A stretch of DNA of 64,000 nucleotides from Octopus bimaculoides (taxonomy: Eukaryota). Position 1 is the first letter of the stretch, and every line of letters starts with the position of its first letter. This document shows, piece after piece, positions 1 to 13,731 of this stretch. Below the pieces are notes generated by a model. That model ran no database searches. It was not told the DNA's origin and worked only from the letters and a program-made list of their open reading frames with translations. The translations under genes were made by a program, and so were the position numbers. The stretch covers positions 43,243,772-43,307,771 of the forward strand of contig NC_068985.1 in NCBI RefSeq assembly GCF_001194135.2, read 5' to 3'.

Positions 1-129
1 CCTAACACACTAAACTACTCTCGTCATATTCTTCCCTGAAACCTCCTCGCCAAGAAATAATTATCTACATTCTGTCAGTAGTTGAATTATCATTTATATT
101 TTATCTTTTATTTGTTTCAATCATTAGAC

Positions 130-430
130 TAAGGCCAGACTGGGGCACCTTGAACAAATCAACCTTTTTTTTTTTTTAAGATTGGTATTCTATTGGTCTC
201 TTGGGCTGAACTGTTAAGCTATGAGGATGTAAACACACCAACACTGGTTGTCAAGCATTGGTGGGGGACAAAGATACACATATATATACAACAGGCTTCT
301 TTCAGTTTCTGTCTACCAAATCCACTCAAGGCTTTGGTTGACCTGAGGCTATAGTGGAAGACACTTGCCACACAGTAGGACTGAACCAGAACTGTGTGGT
401 TGAGAAGCAAGCTTCTTACCACAAGCTTCT
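130..430 (-). mobile_element. SINE family A copy (degenerate)
   Basis: CAGGCTTCTTTCAGTTTCTGTCTACCAAATCCACTC... reverse match to the SINE head. Confidence 0.6.
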
Positions 431-589
431 GTACCTATTTATCTACAATTTCTTAAAAGTTTGTTGAGATGTGAACTTAATAATTCATAAGTTGCTACAA
501 ACATATTTTTGAAGATATGGTTTTGAATAGCTTAACAACTGAGTAATATTAAAGAATCAACTGTACTATAATCATGTGAAGGTGCAAGG

Positions 590-903
590 TTCAGTAGTTA
601 GAGCGCCAGACTCACAATCATGAGCTGAGTTCAATTCCTGGACCAGACAGTATGTTGTGTTCTTGAGCAAGACACTTTATTTCACATTGCTCCAGTTCAT
701 CAGCTGTAGAGATGCGTTGTGACATCACTAGTGCCAAGCTGTATTGGCCTTTTGCCTTTCCTTTGGCTAACATGTGGCAGGGAGGCTGGCATGCATGGGT
801 GACTGCTGGTCTTACAGAAACAAACTTACCTGGACTTGTGCCTAGGAGGGGAACTTTCTAGGAGCAATCCTATGATCATTCATAACTGAAGGGGGTCTTT
901 TAC
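590..903 (+). mobile_element. tRNA-derived SINE family B
   Basis: tRNA-like head (GTTAGAGC..GAGTTCAATTCC), a TGTTCTTGAGCAAGACACTTTA core and a GAAGGGGGTCT end. Homologous to 37325-37617. Confidence 0.7.
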
Positions 904-3900
904 TCTTATCATTATCCAAAGCTCATTGCCTCAGAGTTCTTACTTCAAATCATGCTAAAATTTGGTAAATGTACAACACTGATAGATCGGAACCTCTTTA
1001 TCATCCATACTAATTTACAAGTAAACTTCAAATTCCTGTAGCTGTCAGGCCAGTTTCCACAGTTTATTATACAGTATTAAACTTTGACACCCATTGTTCA
1101 GAAAAATCAGCAATCCAGAAGAGCTTTGGAATCAAAGGTTCCAGAAAATCAATGTATCTCTATTCCTTTTTACCACAAAGAATTTTTTAAAATATAAAAT
1201 ATGACATCATTGAGGATTCATTCCTCCCTTAAAGTAAAACTAAAATGAGCTGAAAATCTTTTATTATAAAAGACAAGTGAATCTCAGTGTCTGTCTATCT
1301 GTCACAACATCTATTAGAGGGAGAGAAAGAAGAGAAGAAATCAAATTATGTCTATTTTTAGGAGAAGAGAAAAATTTGTTGAGAGAGAAATAGTGTGTGT
1401 GAGAAAGCTAGAGAGATGTCTTGTCACTATAGTCTCTCCATTACAACATCTACTAGAGAGGGACAAGAAGAAACTGTTGAGAAAGAAATACAGAGAGAGA
1501 GTATGTGTGTCTGTGAAGATAGGTAGAGTTCTCACCATCATAACTAATAAGTTTTGAAAGATAGTTACTTTTTGTGGTTGTTTGTGTCTTTCAACATATA
1601 GAAAATGCAATGCAGACTTTAAAAAGGATTTTCACTTTGAATACAAGAAGGGAAGGAGAAAAGGTTGTTTTGAGAGAGAGAGAGAGTGTGTGTACAAAGG
1701 ATAGGTATTGTAACCATAGTAACTAACAAGTTTTGATTAAAAACACAGAAATTTTAAGTGCAAGTCTGTCAGCATTTTAAATAAATGTTCAACAATATTC
1801 AAACTGTTATTAATTAATGTTCACCAAGAAAGTCAATCTAAACATTATATGCACAATTTATGAAGGTATGTGCACATGATTTAGGAATATTTTTATCTGA
1901 CAGCATAGTGACAACAGGGATTGAACTAGTATTTCTATAATGGCCGAAACTAGAACTAAAGGCTTAGACATTGTTTCATACCTCTTTATTGTAAGTTGAA
2001 ATCCTGTGACAATCAATGTTGCCTTTTGTTCAAAGATGCAATACAATTTGTACCAGTAATATGATGAGGTAGTTCCAGTTAACTATTTTGAGATTGGTTC
2101 CAAGTCAAATGTAGAAACCAATAAAAATTCTACTGCTTGTTACACCAAATATGAAATTTTTATAAAAAGTCTGGGATATCTTAACATCCTTTTGAATTTT
2201 CAAAATTATCAGTTATCTATTTTTGCTTGTTTTTCAATATCTCTATTCAGTCCCTCCTATAATCACCCATATTGGTACTTTCCCATGACGATGCCTGTGT
2301 AGCAAGGGAAAGAATCATCTGACCCATTTTATTGCCAGCTATTACTCTCTCTTCTCTTACATCACTGATCCTGTGTTTTTGTTCAATCCCCTTACTGCCC
2401 CGACCATCGCCGCTGGCTTGCTCAAACGCGGTGGTGGTATTGGACACGTGATAAACCTGCAACCCATCCCATTCGTAAGCCGCAGCCAGGCCCCCTCACC
2501 TTCATCTTCGTCGGCCCTCTAACAGTGCAGCAGCGGCAGTGCGACCACCCGCTCACTTTCGCTGCTGACTGCACAAGTCTCATCCAGCTGGCGCCCACCT
2601 GACAACCAGATCGCTCAGCCAACGATGCTGCACGCTTTGTAATTCTTTGTGAATCTCATGATAAAGACAAATGTTAATGGAAGGGAGGAGCTGAAGAGGA
2701 AGATCAGTGTTTGCCATGTTGAATATATAAATAACTGGTAGAGATTATCTGGGATGGGGAAGTCTAATATTTGTAGTAACTTTAAGGATTCAGTTAGGAG
2801 GTGAAAGTTCAAAACTTTATATATGTAGATGCTTCTCTCTCTGTCGATAACCACTTCTCCCAACACTTTATTTGCGTTCCCTCACCCCACCCCACCCTAT
2901 ATAAACTAGCTCATTCGGTTTCCCCTACCTCATATTTTAACACCCTGCCAAATGAAGTAGAAAACCAGAAAATGTTCAAATAAGCAACCTTGTTTTTCAA
3001 TCTAGCACACCTCTAAACTCTCTTCCATTACTCCTGCCTGACACTGTTTTCTGTCATAGTCATAATTTCTTGCACCTCTTGGCTCTGCTTATTTTTCTGC
3101 TTTAAATGAATGAAAAACACAGTGAAGACTCTTAAGTGTTGATGAGAGGGTAGGGATACATAAGGACCTCTATAGTACTGTAAAATGCACATGGTATACA
3201 GTGCGAAGTGGATGGCAGTAGGAACTTATGAGCAGAATTGCTTCTCCAACCAGCAGTAACTCCGAACCAGAATTGATTTGAATTTTGACCCATCCCATCC
3301 TTGCTAATATGGAAATTGCCTATAAAATAATGTTTACAATTGTTTATCTTTATTTTACTACAACCATGAAACAGTCACTCACCCATCACTAGTACTAAAG
3401 GCTTAGACATTCAATTTCACACCTTTTGACTTTTGAAATCTTTTGGCAATTAATATTGCCTTTTGGTTTTCCAAGATGCACGCTAATTTATTATTGTCAT
3501 TTATTCATTCATTTATCTAATTTTGTCAGTTTGGCTGACCAGAAACTCTTAGTTATAGCTCTAGTTAAGAATTCAAATGCCCAATTCTATCTCATTATTA
3601 TCATCAATATTCTCTCACACCAGCAGCCTGAGTTTTTGCTGTTTTGTGGTGCCAAATTCTATCTCATTATCAGAATTACTACTCTTTCACCCTGGCACAC
3701 GGCAATGTTAAACCCATTCGTTCAATTATGTTACCCTAAATCCCCAAATTCTGTCTCTTAGTGCTCTGTCTTCGACCAGCCTAACTCTGGTCTTTCTCTC
3801 TCTGTTGATAAGCACTTCCCTCACCCCACCCCACCCTATATAAACTAGCTCATTCAGTTTCCACTAGCTCATCTTCTAATACCCCACCAAATGGAGTAGA

Positions 3901-4260
3901 AAACCAGATGTTCAGATAAGCAACCTAGCATACATCTAAACCTCTTTTTTTTCAGAGCAGATCATAATTGCCTTATTATTTCATTTCATTTTGCTGTTTT
4001 GAGGTGCGCCTGCGCTTCCCACCACCACCACCTGTACTGGAAGTCTCTATCTTCTGACCTCTATCGGATGTCTCTCCCATGAACACCTCCAAAGGCTTAA
4101 TGTTCCATGTTAGAGTTTATCTCCTATGTAGCGCATGAAAATGGTGGTTTAGTGTATGCAGGTTGAAGGCTATTATATGTTTATGAGTTCTGCCAAATGT
4201 GAGCTTTCTTTTCAGGTACATGATGCTGCTGTCCCCCATCCCAGGGTCTCATGGGCCCAC

Positions 4261-5000
4261 ACCCTCAGGATTGGCACACTGAAAGGTAGGTCTGTTGAGA
4301 TGCTTGAATGGAGATGTGTAGATTTGTGCTGCATGCAAGAAGTAAGGTGGAGAGGAAGTTCTGCTAGGTTCCTCACAGGCAAAGAACATAGGTATAAGAT
4401 TTTCTGGGCAGGGAACACTGACAGAGTCGGAGGTGTGGGTATACTTCTTGTGGAGAAATGGGTTGATAAGGTAATTGAGGCAGAGTCTGTGATAGAATAC
4501 TTAAGATTAGATTAGTACTGCAACATGGGTTAAGAACCATTATCTCAGCCGGGGCTACCTGATGAACAGAAAGACTGATTTTATGACACCCTCTTGCAGT
4601 CTACCTCGTCAACGAATGACAGGGACCTTCTCTTTGTGGCTTGCAACAGGGGGCTTCCATGGAGGCTATGGTTTTGGTTCCCACAATGAGGAGGGAACCG
4701 GGCTGATGGAGTTCTGCGATGCAAATGATCTTATGGTTTGTAATACTAACTTCAGGAAACCTGCCAGTCACCTATTCACCTACCAATCTGGTGGACACAC
4801 TAGTCAAATTGATTACATCCTCACCAGGAAACAAGAAGGATGGCTATTTATAAATGCCAAAACCTTCCCAGGTGAAGAATGCACCCCACAACATAAATTA
4901 GTAGTTAGCAACTTCAGGATCAGGGCTAAATGGATGCCCAGAAGACGACCAGCATGGAGGAGAAGGGTCTGGAAGCTTAAGGATCCTGCGAATGGACAGA
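4261..5000 (+). mobile_element. RTE-clade LINE fragment, apurinic-like endonuclease domain (3'-truncated)
   Basis: LRIGTL..VDLCCMQEVRWRGSSARFL..GVGILL..GYGFGSHNEEG..LMVCNTNFRK..SQIDYIL..QHKLVV, with frameshifts. It ends abruptly after WKLKDPANGQ. Confidence 0.85.
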
Positions 5001-6041
5001 TTGTATCCAGTAGTTTACACATGGACCATGTACTACTTGCTTTCCATGGCTCTCAACAGGTGGAATGTAGCATCTGAGACAAGATGTGATTGTCATGGAA
5101 AACACAGCAGCCCGTCCAGGAATTTACCTTCACTATGATTCAATCCAGTGGATTTCAAGATAGCCAATATGCCCATAGACTGTAGGGATTAAGTTTGATA
5201 AACTGTTTATTTCTGCCTTATGTTCAGAGGCAAGTGTGTCTCCCCACACTGATACCACATAATAATGCATATCAGCTCAGTTCCTTTCTTTGTTGTCCCT
5301 TATATATTTTGCTTCTGAAGTGGTATGAGACCAGCCATTTCTGAGAAGCAGAGGTCACTAGCAATGATAGAAAAAAAACAGATTAGAAAAAAATGATTAA
5401 AAAAAACAGCCTGTTAGAGTGTGAGAACCTATGCCAGTCAGTCAAGTGGCTTTTCTCTGGATGCAGTCTATGTAGTAAACAGCACCAGCCTAGATATTGG
5501 AGCAGTAATTCTTTGTGAATCTCATGATAAAGACAAATGTTAATGGAAGGGAGGAGCCGAGAGGGAGATCAGTGTTTTCCATGTTGAATTTATAAATAAC
5601 TGGTAGAGATTATCTGGGATGGTGAAGTCTAATATTTGTAGTGACTTTAAGGATTCAGTTAAGAGGTAAAAGTTCAAAACTTTATATATGTAGATGCTTC
5701 ATTTTGTACAAGAGGGAAAAAATTATGCTTGAGTGTGCTCTCACTCCATGGTATAATCTGACAGGAAGCCCCCAGAGAAATGTAGACGGATGGTTTTGCT
5801 TGATTTGCATAGTCAAATGTTATGCTGATGTTAAGTACAAGAACACTTTTCATCCAGTTTTCCAAAGATGAGAAACCACTGGCATATGACCTATGAGAAA
5901 AGGTCTCCAGTAAATCCGGCTTTGCAATAACCATGGAGTGAGATTTAAAGCAGTTGTTAATGACTGCCATCTTTGAAATGATGTGTGAGCATCATCAGAG
6001 AGTTGCCATTCCTGAGACTAAAATACACAAGTATAATTCCG

Positions 6042-6394
6042 CTAGCCAATAAAAAATGCAGACACATACTAACAATATTCTTAACAATTAAACCTGGAAA
6101 AGTAGAAGACAAGAAAAAAACTCATTAAAATTCGAGCTTGAAATATTGCTGCTAAAATTAAAAAGTACCTAAGAGGTACTTTTTCATATTTTTTTAAAAA
6201 TTCAATTAATTTCACTTTTCCTTTTAATTTCAATTTTATTTTTTGTACTAAATGAATTAATAAAAAAATGTGAAATTTTAATTTTAGCAGCAATATTTTA
6301 AGCTCAAATTTTAATGAGTTTATCTTGTCCTCTACTTTTCCAGGTTTAATTGTTAGGAATATTGTTAGTATGCGTCCGCATTTTTATTGGCTAG
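6042..6394. repeat. Foldback element, ~120-bp inverted arms
   Basis: 6042-6162 is the near-exact reverse complement of 6277-6394. Confidence 0.85.
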
Positions 6395-6996
6395 TCCAGT
6401 GTTTTTACAGGCATTGCGGTAAAACTTTAATTAAAAATATATAAAATTACCATTTTTTGCAGTCATTTTGAATTCAAAATTTTCTAAGAAAATTCAAACA
6501 AAATTTTAATTTTTTTCATTGGACTAATTCTCATTTAGAAATTAAATTAAAAATGAATGATAATCATCGCAACTTTGCCTTTTCTGGACATAATGTACAT
6601 ACTGTAATTTCGGTATTGTACAGAGACAAAGCTACAAATGAATATATTTAAAGAATTTTTTAAATAATGAAAAAAGAAATAAAATGAGGATACAAATTTA
6701 ATAAAATGACTTTATTTTAAATAAATAAAATTAAATTAATATTGAATAGAATATAATTACAAGTAGCATTTGCCTTTTCTGAACAGCCTTACTACACATT
6801 TCAGTACTGCTCATAGAGACAAAGCCACAAAAGCACTCTGTAAGGTTTTGTCACCTTTCTTGTCTTTTCCTCTCTCCCTCCTTTTTTCTCCCCCACTCAT
6901 TCTTATTGCTCTTTATCTCCCAATCACTGACTGCCGATTTGTGGAGTTTGCCACCACTTTAACCTATCCATTCTTGGTGGTAGAGGCATGTGTTGA

Positions 6997-9935
6997 ATGA
7001 CCAAGAGACCTGCTTGGTGGAGCAACTATGTGACAATAGATCAACCTCTGACCTCTCATTCACCACCAACTTCAGTATGCTCTAGAGAAGCTAACCTCTC
7101 TCCACCATGGGTTCTGAACAGAATTAACCCTACCAACCCCACAACTTTCAACCCTTCCCCCACCCCACATTCAACCTTCGTTCCAGCCCCACTGATGGAA
7201 ACTGAATTAACCCTGCCAACCTCACCACTCCTGTAACTTTTAACACCTCCCAACCTCTGTTCTAGTCCCACCTTCAGAACCAATGCTGCACTCCCTCAAT
7301 TGAGTTCCAAGGCTAGCCCTCTATTATCAGTCGATGCTAGCTCGCAACCTGACTGTGCTCACAATAGCCGTTACTTAAAGACAACTAATTGTCACCTGTG
7401 CCACCAAAATTACCACAGGAGTTGTGTCCGCATCACCAAGGCTCAAGCCGAAAGTCTTCCATACTGGACCTGCAGTCAGTGCCACTTCAGCTTTGACACA
7501 CTCCGTGGAGATACCTCACACTCCGACAACCAGCTCTCTACTGAGGACTTTGCTGCAGCCCTCCAGGGTTTATCTAAATTGAAGCTTGTTAACCGGATCA
7601 CTAAGGGAGCTTGGAATAGCTTTGCTTGCGTGCTCTCCAGCTTGTTGAAAAACCTATATTTATCCAACAATGCATCCGACTGGCAGAAACTGTTTCTGTT
7701 CCCCCGCATCTCTCTCCACATGCACAATGTGAAATCGAGCTCCCTTACATCCTCACTCAAGTGACAGTTCCAGCTATCTGAGTCCACCCGACCACTTCTC
7801 ACCTCAATTTGACACTGAGCACGGTGCCTAGCGACAGGCAACCGATATACCTTAAGTGCACAGTCAATGCTAAATTCAGCGACTTCGACATAAAAGGGGC
7901 TGTCCGTCTCCTCTCTTCTTTATCCTCTCTCACTCCATGTGACTCTTGAGTCTCTTAGATGTCTGAAAGAGAAGCACCCACTGATAATCAACTAAACTGG
8001 CCTGATCCCCCAGAATACTTGAGACCAGTCTTCACCTCAGATAACATCAGAAAGGCAATTTCATCCTTCCCTGCTGGTTCAGGTGCAGGAATTGATGGCC
8101 TTCAGCCTCAATACCTCAAGGATGGTATCTTCTTATTGGCCGGTGACGCTGGACTTGAGCTCTAGGAGAATTTGTCTCAGTTCATGAACCAATTCTCTTC
8201 AGCTAACGTCCTCCTTATATCCGCCCACTATTCTTCGGGCTCACCAAACCCAATGGAGACTTGCACCCTATTGTGCTCGGCTGCACCCTTTGCCATCTCA
8301 CTGCAAAGGTGTGCTTACAATTGGTCTCTAGCTTATTGGAGGACGGATTTTCCCCCACCCAGCTAGGAGTGGGTACCAAATTGGGATGTGAAGCTGCTGT
8401 CCATGCTACCAGAGCCTATGCCAACTCGCCCTCCTTGTTACCCAAGGTCATCCTCAAACTTGACTTTCAGAATGCCTTCAACTCCATCAGCTGCGGTGCT
8501 GTACTCAGCTCAGTAAGAGAGGTCCCACAACTCTACCGCCTCGCAGGGCAGGCTTATCGGGAGCCCTCCTATCTCTCTTGTGGTGACCAAATCATCACCT
8601 CTGCCTCAAGGGCAATCTACCCGGGCCCGCTCTGTTCACACTAGGCATTGATGACATCACTAAAATGGGTGTCAAGCTAGACCCCAATGCCTGGTATCTC
8701 GACGATGCATGTTTGGGGGGGGGCTCAATTCCATCGGCTTGGTGCCCCAATCACTGACCTTACCTTTGAGTCCATCTTCCAGTCGAAGGTGGTTGCCCTT
8801 GAGCAATTGCTGAAAAATATTGAAGTTAATGAACCCCATCAAGGTTTTTTCATACTTAGGAATTACCTCACAGTCCCTAAGCTTCTATATTTACTCAGAG
8901 TCAACTCCTCTTACCGATTCCAATTGTGCCTCCAACACTTCGACAACCTAATCTTTGAGAGATTTGAATGCTTAGTCAATGTCAGACTCTCTCCAACATC
9001 CCACAATCAGGCTGCACTGCCCAAGCAATTTGGAGGTCTTGGTCTTTGCAAGTGTTCGTCCTTCTCTCTCCCCTGCTTCCTTTCCTCCACCCTGGTGAGC
9101 AACATCCTCTCCATCCCAACATGGACCAGTTCCTCTCCTTTCCAACATGGACATGTCTGCTCCTGAGAAGGTGGAGGACTGTCGGAGTCAGAGAACTTGA
9201 GATAAATAATTTCGAAGGCCACCTTCGACTCCCTCTTCATCCAGTCGGACCAGTTTTCAAAGTGTCACTTACTGTCTGCTAGTGCCAAATACTCGGGTGA
9301 CTGGAATGATGCCATCCCTGTGGTTAAAATGTTGGTGGCCTACTCAGCCTGGACAAACTTCATGTCTTCTTTGCCCTCAGAGTAGGAGCTGACATATGCA
9401 TGGGTTTGATCTGTTGTGGCAGGCTAGACTCCACGGCCTTTCTTGCCACCTGAATGCTGGTCACTTTGCATGTCCTACAGAGTTGAAACTGATAATCAAG
9501 AGGAGCTTGGCCCGGGCAAACATCTTCATCTTGGAACCATCAGGATTGTCCATATGTGATGGGAAGAGACCTGATGGCCTCACCTTGTGCCCCTGGTCAC
9601 AAGGCAGATGCCTTGTCTGGGATGTCACAGTTAGCAACTTCTTTGCTTCTTCTCACATCCTGGATGCTGCAGTTAGGGCGAGATCTACAGCTTCTGTGGC
9701 CAAGCAGAACAAAATCTTGAAATACCACGATCTGTCGGTCAACTACATTTTCCACCCTGTGGCATTCGAGACGTTTGATTGGGTCGGACCACTTACTGCA
9801 AGATTCCTGTCTTCCCTAGCAAATCGCCTTGCAAAGGAGGCTTGTGAGGGCACTTGGCTGTTCCAGCGCATTAGCCTCGCCACCACCCACCCGCGGCAAT
9901 GCTGCAAGCATGCTGGCGTGTCTCAATAGTTTCAC
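6997..9935 (+). mobile_element. Degenerate near-full-length CRE-clade non-LTR retrotransposon (PHD finger, RT, restriction-like endonuclease)
   Basis: Motifs across frameshifts and stops: CHLC..HRSC..WTCSQC; KFSDFDIKGAVRLLSS; IRKAISSFPAGSGAGIDGLQPQYLKD; LHPIVLGCTLCHLTAK; SPTQLGVGTKLGCEAAVHA; LKLDFQNAFNS; AWYLDD (YLDD at 8695-8706); LPKQFGGLGL; HGLSC; DGKRPDG..WDVT; RGNAASML. Confidence 0.85.
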
Positions 9936-11626
9936 CAAGCTGTTTCATATGGATCAGTGGTTAATGGAGTATATGCCCTGTTGTGTTGCTTTAGACCAGT
10001 GCTTCACAACCTTTTTTCACTTGCAGTACACTTATATTTCTTTCAAAATTTGGCACTACAAATGAACTAAAAATATAACTAAAATTATAGGGGAAAAAAA
10101 CTATATTCAGGTTACACTATGGCACACCAGTGTGCCATGGCATAACTGGTTGCAGAGCATGCTTTAGACCAATCAGCTGGCTTCAAGTGCCCCAAGAGGC
10201 AGTGGAGGATATGCAGTTGAACAACTTATGCAGAGACTAGAAGTTTGGTTGATGCTGGAGTTAGAGGTGAGAAAGAGATCAAGAATGTTTGAAATATGTG
10301 TGTGGAGCAAAGATGAAAATAATTCAGGATTGAAAGATTTTTTTTCTCCACTAGCTGCATTAAAATGCAATAAAAAGTGAGTGAGGACAATGACTTCAAA
10401 GGGTGATGTGTAGATGTTCTCTATGCAAGAAGAGATTTGTTGTAGAAACTTTGTTGCAGGTATCCAGGAGGAAAAAAGTGGCATCTACAGATGTACAAAC
10501 ATCACCTTTAAGAATGAAGTTTGAGTACAGTCTGGACAGATGGACTACAGATTAAGGAAGAAAGAATGTATGCTTTAATTTTTTTGTTTGGTGTCTATAT
10601 TGGAATGGATTTCATGAATATTAGAGAATTGTCCAGATTAAGTTAACTGTATGAGGATAATTCAACTGGAAAAGTAGTCAAAAATGTCCAACCTGAAAAA
10701 GTAATCTTTTTGTTAATGGAAGCAAAGGCTCATCAACATTTCAACGTGTGTCATGAACGAACTGACTTAAATTACATCTTCCATGAGACTCAGTGTGCTG
10801 ATGCCTAATCTTATTGCTTTGGTTTTCATTTTTCACAGGTACAGTTCATTGTGAGAAAACACTTATTCAATCATATCGATTTCAAATTTTGGCACAAAGT
10901 CAATTACATCAACCCCAGTGTTCAACTGGTACTTACTTTATCAAGTCTGAAAGGCAAAGTCAATCTCAATGGAATTTGAACTCAGCATGTAAAGCCAGAC
11001 AAAATACCACTCAGCATTTCGTCTGGTGTGGTAATGATTCTGCTAGCTCGCCACCTTTCAATCATATTAATAAAAATTTCTTCTGACTTAATCCAATGTC
11101 ACTATCTGGATGGGCTCTATACTTCACCACTCACAGATTAATACACATCCAATAGATCCACTCACTGCATATATCAATTAAATTACTTAGTTACTTAAGA
11201 CACCTCCAACATCTGGCCCAAACAGATTTCTATTCTACTACAATAGCATCTGCTCTTTAAAGTTGGGCCATTTCCACTCAGACACGAATCACTTCACCCA
11301 TTAGCTTACTCTCTCTATAGCCAACGGGTAACTGTTCAAGGGAAACAACCATCACCAGACCTATAAAGACTTAACAAGCCCTTCCTCCAGAGCTATAAAG
11401 TGAAAACTATTTTTACAATTTGTATTATTTTTCCATATAATTATCAACTGGAGGTTGGTAATTGACCTAAGACCACTTTTCTCATGGAGTGAAAAGAAAA
11501 CTCATTAGCTTTAATGATTAATTTTGGTAAATTCTGAAACGCAAATCAAAAATTTTTATTGACAGGGGAGGGGGATTACACAAATCCTTCTGTGCCCCCC
11601 ACCACCAAAGATAAAATTTATAGTAG

Positions 11627-11764
11627 TACAGCAATCCCTCGCCATATCGCATCTCCTCAATATATCGCAGGTTTCTGCAGCTGATAGGTATTTTTTTTAG
11701 ATTTTAATTATCTCCATGGGAGGTTTTGGAACCTAATACCTACAACGGTCAAGGGATTACTGTA
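11627..11764. mobile_element. pogo/Tigger-like MITE (short copy)
   Basis: Ends TACAGCAATCCCTCG / CAAGGGATTACTGTA with TA ends. Confidence 0.65.
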
Positions 11765-12478
11765 TTTTGTATGTTAAACCTGCCAGCCACCACTTGCCAA
11801 CATTATGTGCCTGGATGAAGCTGATCACTACTAGAGGATATCTTCACATATCACCCCTACTAACAAACAGCTTTACTTGTCCACTAATATATTCAAATTA
11901 CACATTCTATTAATTTTGATTATATTGAGAATTAAATACAAATAATGACTGGAGGGAATTTAAGAATGACCCGTCAGGCTTTGTCTTGTCAAGTATGCCA
12001 AAACATCTTGACCATTCTTTAAGGCAGTCACTTTAAACATCGATCAACTGTCCAAATCAATGTTAAATAGCTTTTCAAATAAATATTTGCCTAATACAGA
12101 CTAAAGCAGATCGCCATTATTAATATCCCACTTTTTAGAACAGGTACACAGTAGGTCTGCACATTGTAAGAGGCAAATAAAAGGACTGGTGCCAGCAAGA
12201 GCATCCAGCTTTAAAACACTGCAGGCATGGAAAAGCAGGTGTAAAAACAATGAATCAGAGTCAGTTGACCATTTCAAATTTATGTAATAGAATTTCATAA
12301 ACTGAAATGCAAACCTTTCTCTTCTCAATTATGTAAACCTATCATTTCAGGCTCAACATTTAGACAAGTCCAATGTGACTCATTGTTATATTACTTCCTT
12401 TGTCCTTCAGTCAGAGCAATCACATACGCACACATTTAGAGGATAGGTTATGTATTTCATCAGACATGTAGGAGGGTT

Positions 12479-12580
12479 AAGAATTATCTACAATAGCCTA
12501 GTTAACTGACACATCAGACTAATGACTGAAGAATTATCTACAATAGCCTAGTTAACTGACACATCAGACTAATGACTGAA
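12479..12580. repeat. Perfect 50-bp tandem duplication
   Basis: GAATTATCTACAATAGCCTAGTTAACTGACACATCAGACTAATGACTGAA at 12481-12530 and 12531-12580. Confidence 0.95.
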
Positions 12581-12634
12581 CAAGTTATTGCCAGTAACAT
12601 GATTACAATATATTTATGCAAATGAAATTTAATG

Positions 12635-12697
12635 AAAAAAAAAAAAATGAAAAAAAAAACTATTTACAAGATAAAATATAATTTACAAGATTTTATT
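12635..12697 (-). terminator. Probable polyadenylation signal of beta-tubulin
   Basis: AATAAA on the minus strand at 12697-12692, about 180 nt after the stop, followed about 30 nt later by a long U-rich tract (plus-strand A-runs 12635-12659). Confidence 0.65.
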
Positions 12698-12877
12698 CAA
12701 CACTTTACATTAGTCAAGGTAACCTCGAGAACACTTGAGTTTTGGCGACCAACAGTTTCTTTTTTTCTTCTTCATGAATAGAGGTGGAAAAGAAAACCAA
12801 TCATGGAGATTAGGAGAGGGGGTTTCGAAATGGAATGTCAAAAAATAAAAGAAGAAATAAAAGCGAATAGATGTCAT

Positions 12878-13723
<846 letters not shown>

Positions 13724-13731
13724 CTAAATAC

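Noticed and set aside
1710-1723. Good X-box match GTAACCATAGTAAC
   Set aside because: It lies in a degenerate tandemly repeated GA-rich block with no identifiable gene start nearby, so it is probably chance.
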